DNA of 58,882 nucleotides, the filler included, from Circinaria calcarea (taxonomy: Eukaryota): assembly GCA_051942165.1 (NCBI GenBank). It is 3 parts of 3 records of this genome, joined end to end, with 100 filler letters (N's around TTAATTAATTAA, not from the genome) between each part and the next. Parts side by side here need not be neighbours in the genome. Positions count along the whole stretch, not along the records: positions 19,694 to 39,262 come from JAVECS010000202.1; positions 39,363 to 58,882 come from JAVECS010000203.1; 1 more part is not named here. One strand, written 5' to 3'. Below the pieces are notes generated by a model, which was given only the letters and a program-made list of their open reading frames with translations, was not told the origin of the DNA and ran no database searches. Shown here in pieces: positions 34,568 through 46,500 of the stretch; position 1 is the first letter of the stretch; each line of letters opens with the position of its first letter. A program made the translations under genes and the position numbers.

Positions 34568-37500
34568 TCGGCCTCGCCATTAGCTCAGTTATGCTGCTAA
34601 ACATGTCCGTCAATAATGGGCGACTCAAGACCTAGATGGCCACAAGCAGCTCGTGATGCTCAAGACTATCCTCTCAACATTTCTTCATTAGCTTCTTTTC
34701 AGGTCATCCTGCTGTCGCGGGCAAGACTGGTTACCAGGCTCCGGGAAATTTTAACAGATGTCAGCCTGAGTTTGGTTCTCGTCCTTGGTTCCTCACAGTC
34801 GGCGCTGGCACTAGTATCTTTTTGCGAACCCTGCGTCAGCGGGGTAATCCGCAGATAAGGTAGCATTAGCACGAACACGTTAGAGCGCTAAGATCCATCG
34901 AAGACTAGCCACCCTTTCACTTGCAGCTCTGATGATGAAACGTGGAGGGAACAATAATGGAAGAAGTATTACTGGAACCGTCGATCAAGTTCGTATTGCG
35001 ACCACAATAAACCCCCAAAATGAGCCTGATGGACATGGGCAATGGTTTGACTTGCCGCATTCGCTGTAACTCCACGAATGGTCGACTAGGAAAGAGAGTA
35101 GATGACGCTATCAGCACAGTCCAATATTTTGTCGGCCTTATTCAGTGACCTCAATTGCCATGTGGTATCCTTTGACCTCTGCCGGCTGCGACTGCACTGC
35201 CAGGCATGGAGGCTGTAGCAATTTTCTGAGTATCCAGAGTTGCGTGTCCTTCTGCTCTGCGTCTGCGACGAGCTCCTTTCTCCTTCCTATTAATTAGGAT
35301 GACGACCCGATGAGTTGCCTCACTTTTTCTTGCAATGCACTTGGGGGTGGTCTTGTATCTATAGCCTGGGTAACTCGAGGTGCCAATCTGGATACTGTAT
35401 GATTGGGGGCCCTGCTCCGTGGCACGTCGAAACAAACACATGGCGCAAGTCATCCTGCGGCATTCTGGCGAAGACTTGCCAGGCATGGAGGGCTTGAGCC
35501 ATTCGGCATTGCCCCGCATACCACCCAGAAAGTAGATGCAACCTCCTGTTCCATCATGCAAACTTGGGCATGGCACCCTACAATATGATGCGCATGAAAC
35601 GAGGTTGGTGCTCTTTCGAGTTCGTTGATCATAAGCCTCGATGACCACAGAGCAAGTTGGACATGTGGCGCCTTTAAGCTTAAAGGAAGACTCATAGCTT
35701 TCCTTTGGAGTCCAAATTTGTAGAGAGGGTAAGCCTGGATTGTGGCGGTCCTAGGCTCATGTTACCAACTGCTGTGTAGGGTGCGGTTTCATAAATCGTG
35801 GCTTATCGCCCCCAACTCGTCGAGTTTGAAACATGATGAGGGAATTCAAGCAGTATCACAATTTAGGACAGACCAATTTGATACAGTAGGCAAGAAACAT
35901 CGAGAGGAAGTGCAGGCCTCTTGCTCCTATCAACAGGAAAATTGTCGGCTGATATATCGGCACGGATTGCTTTTCACCATGCTCACTGGGGTGGAACCAA
36001 CCCAGGGATCATGTAGGATGCCAAGTTCAATACGCGAGAGGAGGCTATAGAGCTATACATACAAAGACCACGGCTGGAGGTATGACTAACGCACTTGGAT
36101 GATTTACCTTTCCTTCGATTGCCCGTTTTGCTTTGAAAAGATTTAGCGTACGTAGGAACTCAATCATTTCCCGTCATGGTCATAGTGGCTGGACGCCTCA
36201 GCCGCGTTAGCATTGAAACTTTTATAGCTTAATTCGTCAATCGAATGGAGAAATGATGCGCCATTGGTCAGCCTGTCGATCCCTGCGGCTACTAGCTCAC
36301 TAATCCAACAGACTCGGGTAGGCGCACACGTAAGGCTTTTTGGAGCTTGACCGCAACGTTTGGTAGGCAAAAGCCAACTTTGACGTTGACGCTGCCCGTT
36401 GACCTTCCGGTGATGGCGGTGGTCTTTCACACTCACCGGCGACACACCGGTGGCTCTTTCATACCGAGGGGTGCATTCGGACTTCTGCCGTCTTCTTCCC
36501 CTGCTCTCTATTCTTGTCAACACTGCTCCACCGCTTCCCCCAACTTCCGGAGACGTTCCTGGCTCTCCCATCGTAAGCTGAGAATGGCTATTCTGATCCC
36601 AATCTGGGCTCGGCGAACGAAAAACACCAAGGGCTCCGGCCACTATCCCCGAACCTCGCACGGGAATACACACGAAAGGGGCTGATGACTGGGCGCCCGT
36701 TTGGACAGAGTAGCTCTAGAGTTGGGGCCCATGTAGTTTGCGCCAACTGGAATGTCGGTCCCTTGCTCACTCGCCGGCGGTGCAGTCGAATCGTGGACGA
36801 GGCCATCGACAGCATTCTGCACTGTAGTATCCGAGGTGATCGTCTCCAGACTCTCGTACGGGCTGATATGAAGGATGCTCTTTTCGAATGACCGGAATAG
36901 GTAGGGGGATGTCGATCCCTTACATAATCCATCGCTCGCTTCCTGCGCCTCAGCTGAAGGTCCAGTCGTTTGTCGTTTGCCGGACGACCTCTATCAACAA
37001 GTCCTCAGGCCCTAGTACTTGCTGTGCTATTCTGATACACATCCCCCGTCTCCCTCGACGGATCGAACACTGGGTCGCTTGTAGATGCCATGTTACAAAC
37101 AATCGGCTACCCTGCGCCATCGGAGGATAACCGTTTCCATGCCTCCACCCCGGCAGCCTGGTCCAGCACAACGGCTTCGACTCCAGCGGGTTGTTACCCT
37201 CCCCCGTGCATTGTAAACCAGTCACGGTATCGGTTTGTCCCTGACGACCCATCACCATGGCCCTGTCATTGTGAATCCCGGTTGCCCTGATCGCTGAGCT
37301 GATCTGTGTGTGACAGCCTGTTCGCAAGCTGACTGGTCCACCCCATTGCATACGGAGTCACCTCAGCGAACCTATGCTGCACCACTCCTCCTAGCTCCGC
37401 GGTCAACTCCGCCCATGCTTGGGTTTCCTTCCCTCGATGATTTCATATTCTCCGTCTTCTCTGTCCACAGTCCAAATCGCCTTATCCCTTAGCGGCATCA

Positions 37501-37962
37501 CCGAGGGATTTGGAGCAGATGCCTAGCCCTCGGTGCCTGGGCAGTCACGCCCCGTCCCTCCAGCATATGTCACCTTACTGTTTTAAGCCTGTCTACCTGA
37601 GGAATTAGAGTCAGAGGTCGTCCTTGTGTATATCTGCCAGATACTTGCCACATGATTCCTTTTTACTGCCTCATCATCGGCGGTCTCTGAGTAATAACCG
37701 CACGTTGGTGTTTCCTTAACTACCACATCAATTCTCTTGTTCTCTCTTTCTTATGTCCCATCAAGAGTCATACGCACATCACACCAGCAAAACAGTAATC
37801 CACTCGGATAAACTTTCACTCACCATCACCTGCACTTAACCAACTTGAAACTTGACCAATCATCCTCAGTCTAGTGAGCCAGCAAACACCCATTTACCGT
37901 CAGGCACGTCAGCATTGACCCGGCTCTCGAAGTATCATTATCAACGCCGTCATCACGGTACC

Positions 37963-38211
37963 ATGTGTCTTCAAGTCATAGAGAAGTATGCCGTCTGTGG
38001 CTGCGTCTACTACCAGCACGCTGTCGACCCGTGTGCTGCCTACGGTCAGAGAAGCCACTACACCACCCAGCGAGAAGTGCTCGTTGGATATGCCTGCTCC
38101 CATCACTCTTATCGTGGATCCCAGCCATCCTCCAGTGGTTCCAGCAGCAGGTATGCCGACTCCGGCTACTCTAGCGGCGGCAGATACTCCGAATCGTCTT
38201 TTCGTCAGTAA
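37963..38211 (+). CDS. Small Cys/His-rich protein, 82 aa (putative Zn-binding microprotein)
   Basis: ACCATG start; MC..VIEKYAVCGCVYYQHAVDPC....H.....EVLVGYAC.HH followed by a Ser/Gly/Tyr-rich tail. Confidence 0.8.
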   Translation: MCLQVIEKYAVCGCVYYQHAVDPCAAYGQRSHYTTQREVLVGYACSHHSYRGSQPSSSGSSSRYADSGYSSGGRYSESSFRQ

Positions 38212-39262
38212 TCCTACCCAAAACTACGAGGAATACATGGGCTACGGAATGAGAATGCAGAGGGCTAGGAACGCCACCATGGAAAACGACAATCATGGAA
38301 GAGGGAGATGGCAGTATGTCGTGATTGTATCAACAAGTGCCTCGGGAGGACATCGCCCTTTACCCTAGTACCGGTCTTGGCATTCCAATTGACGGAAGTT
38401 TGTCAACGATGAATTCCACTTTCCTTCAACCGCCGCGGCAAGTCCGTTGCTTTCCTTTCGCTATCACATCACAATGGAGTAGCGCTTTACCATTCTGTTT
38501 ACACGACTTTGGCCTTTTCGCCTAATGACCTGGGATCTCTTTGGGGCATTGAGTCACGCGATAACGGCGATCAGGACGTTTGGGGAGGAATGTTTTTGAA
38601 TCGGGCTGTGCCTGATAAGGGGAGTTTGTGCAATTTTACAGTTCAGCAAGCATGACTGATGTTTCCGAGTACATGGGGTTTTTACGAGGAAACAGAAAGG
38701 CATACACACGGGAGTCATGGGACGGGAGGTTCGGTTTATCTGCATGACGTGTCTGCGACATCGACAATTGGCGTTTTTTTGGATTATCCCTCACTACATT
38801 TGGATTTCTTTGCTTGCTTGAGCGTGGCATTCTTGCGATCGGTGTGTACAATAGATGTTCAGCTGCAGGCAGCAATGATCGGCTTCGCAGGGCGTTTTTT
38901 CTCGCCTAGGAGGGCTGAACTGTTTTGCCGTCTTTTTACAATGTACCCTTGGGCTTAAACATGACCTATCATTTAAACCATGTCAAATCGCAAAAGTCAC
39001 GCTTCCGAGTGACTCAAATATACAGCAAGAGAAACATCAGAGACTCCTTCTCCCATGCAATCAATGGTTGATACGCACGGGGACAGTACCCAAACCCCGC
39101 TACCCCGCGTATTCCCATGCCCAATTCGCCGGAACCGCAAATCGAGATATTCCTCAATCGGCTCTCTATTGTCAACATACCTCCACTCTCAGCTACCGCG
39201 TAACATTTTGATACCATCCCACCCATAAAGAGCCCTTCCCTTCCACTCCATCCCAGCTCAAC

Positions 39263-39362
39263 NNNNNNNNNNNNNNNNNNNNNNNNNNNNNNNNNNNNNN
39301 NNNNNNTTAATTAATTAANNNNNNNNNNNNNNNNNNNNNNNNNNNNNNNNNNNNNNNNNNNN
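39263..39362. other. Artificial contig-joining spacer (44N + TTAATTAATTAA + 44N)
   Basis: Same 100-nt construct as 19594-19693. Confidence 0.98.
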
Positions 39363-41258
39363 CCACCCCCTCCGCCCCCCGGGTGCCCATTCGACCTGAT
39401 TTCACAAAATCCATAATTTACGGTATTTCTTTATTTACTTATTCAAGTTTAACGTTCATATACAGCCGGTGTGGCTATGACAGACATCGCTATTTCACCT
39501 TAAAGCCTTTATGGCCACCAGAGGGTCGCTATATAATGCCTCAATTCCGAAGCTCCCAAAATACTAACCGTCGATGTGCGTGTTCTCGCTATCAGCCGCA
39601 GCTTCAAGCTTTCGGGCATTGCCCTCCTGATTCCCTGTGCCTAGGGCACCTCTATGATCCTCCGAGAAGGATCCTGCCAACTACATGCCGGCCTTTGGTG
39701 GAAGTTGGCTATCATTTGTTAGGCTTCCGAAAGGGTTTTGGTTGCTGGCTATCCCTCACCGGATAGACTTCCGTTTGTCGCTTTGGTTGCTGGCCGTTGG
39801 GCGGTAGCGGGCTTCCAATTATCTAGGCGCAGGAGATGAGCATTAGGTTTATGCTTCTTCTTCTCCTTCCCTGTCCATCTTCTCCCCCCACGTTCTGTCG
39901 CTTTCCGCCGCCCCTTTTCTCCTCCCTACCTCCGTATTTTTCAGGTATTCCAGCAGCGGGATAACCGCCTCCTTCATACCCATTACCTCCGCTAGCCACT
40001 TACCGCCCGGCCCCACTAGCCAATTAATATTAGCTTTAACGAATGCCCTCCTCAACACGTCTCTTTCTTTCCTCCACTTCCTGCAGATTAGTAACATGTC
40101 GTGCGCTGATTACTCCATAACTCTACACCATCCGCAGCTCTTGTCTTTTACCGCCTTTATTCTACATAAATAGATGCCAACCACTGCGTGTCCTACTTTC
40201 AGCTGAAAGAAACACCCCATCAACGGCTTCGGGGCCTTTACCAGCATAGGGTCTATTCCTTTCTTCCGGGGTAAGATATAGAATACACCGCGCCTCGCGT
40301 TCCTCCTATCAATACGCGTCTACAGCCAACTTTTTATTTCTATTACCTGCGTTTCTATGGTTTTTCGTCTTATATGCGCAATAGAGCTCCATTTAACCGC
40401 TTTTCTTCTTCTACCTTCCGCTACTTCCTTAACGGCCCTGTCTACCACCTCGTTTCTTTTCATTTTTACGTGGCCGGGGACCCACCGTATCGCTACCATA
40501 TGCCCTCTACTCATAAGCCACCGGGTTTTATCGTGAATCTACGCGGCAATAGCCTACCCAGCCCTACCATCCTTATTTTTAATTTTTTTAATCGCTGCCT
40601 AAAAGTCGAGGAAGATAATAATTATTTCTTAATTCCTTGCTCTAACCAGCGCGACCTTTAGGGCTTCTAATACCCCCCAAAATTCTATATCGAAGATCTC
40701 TTTATTTTTACCCAGCGAGGTTTTATATACCTACCAAATTGATTCTCGTTTCCACGCTACAGCAGCCCCTACCCCCCCCGTGCTCCAGCCTCGATCTATT
40801 TATCTAAAATATTAAGTCTACGCGGCGTTCTTTTACTTCTCCGAGCGTTTATTCTATAAATAATATAATGATCTTTCCTGAAAAAACCTCCGGCCGGGTT
40901 TTTACTATCGGTTTTATATCTTTTATAGGGTTGACACTATTTTAGATAATTAATTATCTCGCTAGATAATGATTTAATATCTTTTTTACCCCTCTCTTCT
41001 GCTTAATTAATATCGTTAATAGGCTGTTCGCCGGGTTATACCGCTCTATCCCCCTTTCTTAATATAACTAATAGGATTTCTTTGGTAAAATAGCCGTCCG
41101 GTAAGTTTAAAAAGCCTTCCTCTATAACCCCTTTACCTAATATTTAATAAGGCCTTTACCGGTGTTAAACCTGCTTCTCTTATTACCACGGCTTCCGGTA
41201 TATTACGAAATTTTCCTTTTATTACTTTAGCTTATCAATTAACGAGCCTTTGCATTTT

Positions 41259-41634
41259 TGTTACGTCCCTAAGTTTCTTAGACAAAGGCAATGCTAGTCA
41301 CTGGTATAAGGCAGGGGTTCCGTAGATATGCGCGAGGTTCTATACCAATCACTTGGCAAGTAATGAAGTGACAATAGAAGTATATTGCTACACTTGTAAG
41401 GTCTTGACCACACAGGTCAAACACTGCGGAAAGGACTATGCCTATATACTCCTTCCCTGACAGGGGTTATAGCGGTGATCCTTATGATCCCACTGCTCTC
41501 TAACCAGATCAACCGGATCACTCAGATCACTATGCTCCCATTGATCCCATACGTTACACAAGGGATCACTCGGATCATCCTCCTGAATACCCTTGGTACG
41601 TGTAGTACTGGTTACGGCTGGTGGCGCCATTACA
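41259..41634 (-). mobile_element. Solo LTR, 376 bp
   Basis: TGTTA...TTACA termini; exact 5-bp TSD ATTTT at 41254-41258 and 41635-41639; inserted in the LINE; strand tentative. Confidence 0.9.
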
Positions 41635-42234
41635 ATTTTCTTCTCCTGCTTCGTTTACCCCTTCTATCATAATTCGGTATTATATAACGCTGTTGCCTGA
41701 ACTATTGCGATCTATATCTTATATACTAGCCCGAGGACCAGCTCATACGTACCCACTATGCCTTTCAGCCTCGCCTCCGCTGTTTTCGCCTTTTATATTC
41801 GGTGTTTATAATAGGCCCTCAGCTAAAGTCCGGAATCGATGAATACCCCTAGCTATCTAGTGGCATCTTTGTTGAAGGATACCTCTTTACGGCTTATTTT
41901 GAATTTTGCCCCCGGGATCATTCTTCTTCTATTAGCTATTTTAGCTCTGGTAAAAAGAATTACTTCTATTTTCTCCGTATTATAGCTAACCGCGTTCTCT
42001 AGCCCCCATTTAATCACAGCCTTGCCCACTAGTTCCAGCGTGGCTGTAATTTCTGCTGCAGAACCTCCTTCGGGGATAAACCCTAGATCATCCACGAAGG
42101 ATAGCGAGGTGATTCCTGGTACTGCTGTTTCCACTGCGGTGAAAATTTTATTTAGGTAGATCAGGAATAGGATTGGCGACACGGGTGACCCTTATAATAT
42201 TCCTGTATCCACTGCTTTTTCCGGGTTTATGCAC

Positions 42235-42609
42235 TATTATAACACCAGCACCATAGTATGTACTAGGGCCCGGTTGGGACTAGACCCGGGACGGGGCAAA
42301 CGCCGACCCGGTTACTCAGTATACTCAATATACTCATGAGATGAGCAAGATGAATAAAATGAGTGTGCTGCTCAGTATGCTCAGTATATTTAAGAACTAA
42401 GCAAGGTAAGCAAGGAGAGCACGGCCTTATATAAATAGGTTATTCCCGTTCATTAGAATAGCATGTTTATAGAACCATAATGAGTTCAATATATTCCTTT
42501 TATATTAAGCCTAGGGCAACAGTTCAACTACACCCTATGTAACCGTGCTATTATTAATCGGGACGTATCATATTCCTTAATACGCCCCAAGGATTGCAGC
42601 GCCCTTACA
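42235..42609 (+). mobile_element. Solo LTR, 375 bp (5' TG apparently mutated to TA)
   Basis: TATTAT...TTACA; exact TSD TGCAC at 42230-42234 and 42610-42614; removing it restores RT continuity (VINGC|INPEKAVDTG); TATAAAT inside. Confidence 0.88.
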
Positions 42610-42768
42610 TGCACCCGTTAATCACAAGCTTTACTCGGCGGTCTATAAGGAAAGATTTAATCCACCCTATTAAATCGTTGACGATTCCCATCTCTTGCAT
42701 CCGGCAAATTAATTTATCGCTATTCAAATAATTAAAAGCTCCTTTCACGTCCATAAACATTGCTCCTG

Positions 42769-42988
42769 TGTAAGGATCCTCTACGAATAGTGTAATGATC
42801 TTACGATAAAGGTCGGTAAATTGTGTGATAATGAGCTCAATAGGTTCGCATAAGCGTATGAATTATTGCTAAAGAATTCTGGTGTAACGCTTCGCGAAGA
42901 AAACCTTTCTCGCTAAGCTAACACCTCGTGACCTCGGTGTATAGTTCACCCGTAGGGTTCGTAGGGGTTCTCGGGTAGAGCCCTTACA
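42769..42988. mobile_element. Short solo-LTR-like element, 220 bp
   Basis: Inverted termini TGTAAGG...CCTTACA; flanks do not form a TSD; marks the point where the LINE is truncated. Confidence 0.65.
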
Positions 42989-43129
42989 GCTATATTAAGT
43001 GCTATATTAAATGCTATATCGCATGTTCTATTAAGTGCTATATAATATATCATATTAAATAAAATTCGTTTCAGGGCATTGCGCGCTAGCGCGCGTTACC
43101 AGTACCGAGCGCCATAAGCACCGGTCCGC

Positions 43130-43253
43130 TGCTCATCCTGCTTATCCTGTCTGTCACACGTGAGCATACTGAGCACAGTATCATGGGTTTAGTCCGTTCC
43201 GGTCCTAACCCCTTTCTGGGTCTAGCATATGTCATGGTGCTGGCGCCATAATA
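43130..43253 (-). mobile_element. Partial LTR of the same family as 42235-42609, opposite orientation
   Basis: Reverse complement TATTATGGCGCCAGCACCATGACATATGCTAG.. aligns with TATTATAACACCAGCACCATAGTATGTACTAG.., mostly through transitions. Confidence 0.7.
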
Positions 43254-43459
43254 AATAGCAAAAATGGACCAATTTTTATAAAATTTCAAAATCCATAATT
43301 ATTACAGATATAAAAATCTGAGATTTAGTATAAAAAAACTATATATATTTATCTAAAATCTGAAGGGATTTAAGTAATTTTATATGCAGAAACGAAGTAG
43401 TATTTTATAATATAAAAATAAATCTGTTATACGACTGACTTCTATCAAGCGACTGACAG

Positions 43460-43515
43460 GCACTAACTTGTTAGTGCTTTTGAAAAAATTATTTCGCGAA
43501 ATAATTTTTTCAAAA
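43460..43515. repeat. 8-bp-stem hairpin abutting a perfect 38-bp palindrome
   Basis: GCACTAAC-TT-GTTAGTGC (43460-43477) then TTTTGAAAAAATTATTTCG|CGAAATAATTTTTTCAAAA (43478-43515). Confidence 0.95.
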
Positions 43516-46500
43516 TTTACCCTTGGGCACGATTATTCAGTGGCTTCTATGATCATGATGGTGATGGATCATGCTATACACATATGCGACTATATAAAGT
43601 AACAAGTCCCTTGTCGACAGCTTATCCGTCCTCTCTCCCTCCACGTCCTGCACCGCCTTGGTATTCCACGCATCGCCAAGTACTCCATTCCCTATATTTC
43701 TCGACGTCTTCCTCAAGTGTTACCAGACACATATACCCATCCTAAGAACTGTATCGGACTGAGAGCTATAGTAATAGCTCTGTCAACCGCTATTACCCTC
43801 ATCGATACCCACAAACTCCAAGTCGTATACCTCGAGTCTTACCAAGACCTGCCTTTATCGACAAGCTCGGTACTGGCTTTCTGCTCAACTCTCGCCAGTT
43901 TGATCCGCAGGTACATACCAATGCCACGAAGCATCGGTCGTATAAGAGCTGTCATCAATAACCCTATGCTTAAAGCCTAGAAAGATTATCCGCGTCGAAC
44001 CATAATGCTTAGTTTAAGAACGATTGATGATTGCCCTATGGTGCCTTCGAGATAGCGGCTGTGCGGTTCCTCGAAGTAGGATCTGGTACACATGTTTATT
44101 TTGATCAGTCTCCTCATTACCTCATCGCTCAAGGCGTTTCAGTACTCTTAATTGCCTATACTGAGGTTTGCTGCAACCTTGAGCTCCACGTAGCGTATGG
44201 CCCATCAATCAAACTACTCAGTGCTATTCCTAGGAACTTTCAGGGTCAGCATCCGTGGCGAGATATCCAATTGTACCAGATTTTTCTACCTAAGGTTTAG
44301 TCAACTGCATCGAAAAGTGGACCTGGACGGCCTCTTATACCGTGGAGATGCTCGAGAAAAGGGTTTGACTGTAAAGAAGGTAAATCGTTATCTATCATAC
44401 CGGCCAGAGACTTTGAAGGGCCGGAGGAGTTGGTCTCGCATAGCGACAGCAAGATAGCATCGTTCCATGAGGCTATTCCTCCTCAACTGCAGGTGCTCTT
44501 GCCCAATATCCCAAGACAAAAATATTCTTTCTTCCGGATGTAGCTAATGGTTTATCATCCACAGTCCTAACTGTTTCAGACTAATTGCGGTTACACTATT
44601 ACCCCCTCTCCTGCCAGGGCATGGCTGGTTCGAAAGCGCGTTATGGCGGGAATTCCTCATCAAGTAAGTGAAGTCATAACAGTCGAACGTTAACATATCT
44701 AGTCACCTCATATCTACCTGATGGACACATACAATGTAATTGTCAAGCGTATTTGCACCAGCAAGGAAGACTACAAGTGGATAGAGTCAATTTTCACCGC
44801 CTTGACTTCTTTAGTGCAGTCGCAGCTAAGAGCTCCTACGGCCACCCTCTGGTGTATAGGGAAGCTCATCTTGACAACAAGTGTATTAGAAAATACACCG
44901 CGAACAGGCAGATATATTGGACAAAAGCGTGTGTGTGTCTCTATTTGTATTGTCCCTAGCTATCCTGCCGATGGTTCTGCAGTACGTTGCCAGCCCGGGA
45001 TACCCTGCTTGGCAGGGAATGCATAGGAGTTGTCAACCACATCCGTGTCTGAGACACAATGTCCTCTCCATACCTATGTACTAAGCCTATCAGTCGCGTC
45101 TCTCGTCTATGCTTTCCAGGTCGCACAAACATCCTTGCATGGAGATATGGATAAACGACAAACTAACGTTCATACATCTGTACCGAAAATCTGGCCTCTT
45201 CGACTGAGTGGCTCATCATGAATATTCCGGAATGCTGAAAGTGACTCCGGCCATAGGGGCTGCGAATATGCCTATGTGGTTTGTCAAATAAGTCTTTAAC
45301 AATCCTCCTATCCTATGTGATCAGGTTAACAGCTCATATCCGCAATAACCCTATAAAGTCTGCCTAAGACGGCCGACTCCTAATTTGTGATACCGCCGTT
45401 CCTGCGGGCTCCTAGCGTTAGAAACATAAAAACGTCTCGTCGGGACTCCATCCAGTGTTTCGCCCGCTTAGTGTTTTGAGGCATCTTCTATCAATTGCGG
45501 CACTAGAATTTGCTACTAATGCCCAGAATTCGACGTTGGTGACTAGGCAGCCATTTCCCCCTATTCGATTATCTAGGGTGAGCGTCAAAAATCATCTGGT
45601 CTTGGATAATCCCAGGCTTGTATGTCCTACCGCCAGCAGGGGTTGATCTTTGATCCTCTGGTCACTACAGCTTTCGTACACAACATTAGGATTCGTGACC
45701 GTGTAAGAGCGTCCTCAATGCCCGAGGACGGACTTATATTCTGGCTAGTGAGTTTGCCAGTCATCGCTTTGGATCTATCAAATATCAGATAAGGAGGTCG
45801 TATGTTGGGCTTCATCTACCCCAGCTATGCTCCGACTAGGTTTCCTTGCCAATGTGTGCTGAAATTCCGTCGCTGGGGCCATTACGGAGCATAAACTAGT
45901 TTTTTTGACGGCTGAGCGTTATAAGTGGTTAATCTCGAGCCAACCCAATGTGCATCCCAAGCCATCGGAACGAGGCCTCAATAGTGTTCCAATAAGCACG
46001 GTATTTCTGCTTGATAACAAGAGCTTCAATGCTATCTCGCAGACCAATGAGACTGCGAATTATAATTGCACGTCTGTCAAATCTCAGCGTAAGAGGGTTG
46101 TATGGTGCCTTTATTCGCCATACCTGTGACCATCTAAGACTCCTGGTGGTCTATATGGGCCTTTCTAATCTGTCTATATAAGGTGTATGACTGAGCGGGG
46201 CCTCCAAGAAATATTCAGAGAAATAATATATTAATATGAGTCTGTGTGATGTGTTAGGTCGCCGGTAGCTCCTATACGAATCCGTCTTCATTGTCTCCAC
46301 ATATTGACTTTATATCTCCCTGTTCATGTGGTTGTGTACCAGATCGGCCACAATCGTACACTTAAGAAGAACCTTTGCTTGTCGATCTCTGCGTGGATTA
46401 AAGTTGAAGCATGGCCATCGATCAGCTCCCAGCTGCCTTGATTGTACCTCATTGTACTCGCTTATTGGTGCGTATTGGCTTGATTGGAGTGCTTTTGTCT

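Larger units (their letters stand above)
39420..42768 (-). mobile_element. Tad1-like LINE, 5'-truncated and RIP-damaged (RT, RNase H, C-terminal Cys/His motif), interrupted by solo LTRs
   Basis: MDVKGAF..WIKSFL.DR..GIL*GSPVSPILF..SFVDD (RT); IRWVPGH..NEVVDRAVK (RNase H); CGWC......AHDMLLIC; many TAA/TAG stops, AT-rich. Confidence 0.9.

Noticed and set aside
35151..37492. Many 60-170 aa ORFs on both strands
   Set aside because: Overlapping, with no motifs or consistent splice structure; treated as non-coding
42235..43253. Apparent ~1-kb TIR (hAT/MITE) element
   Set aside because: The inverted ends are two opposite-orientation LTR copies; the left one has its own TSD and LINE RT sequence lies between them
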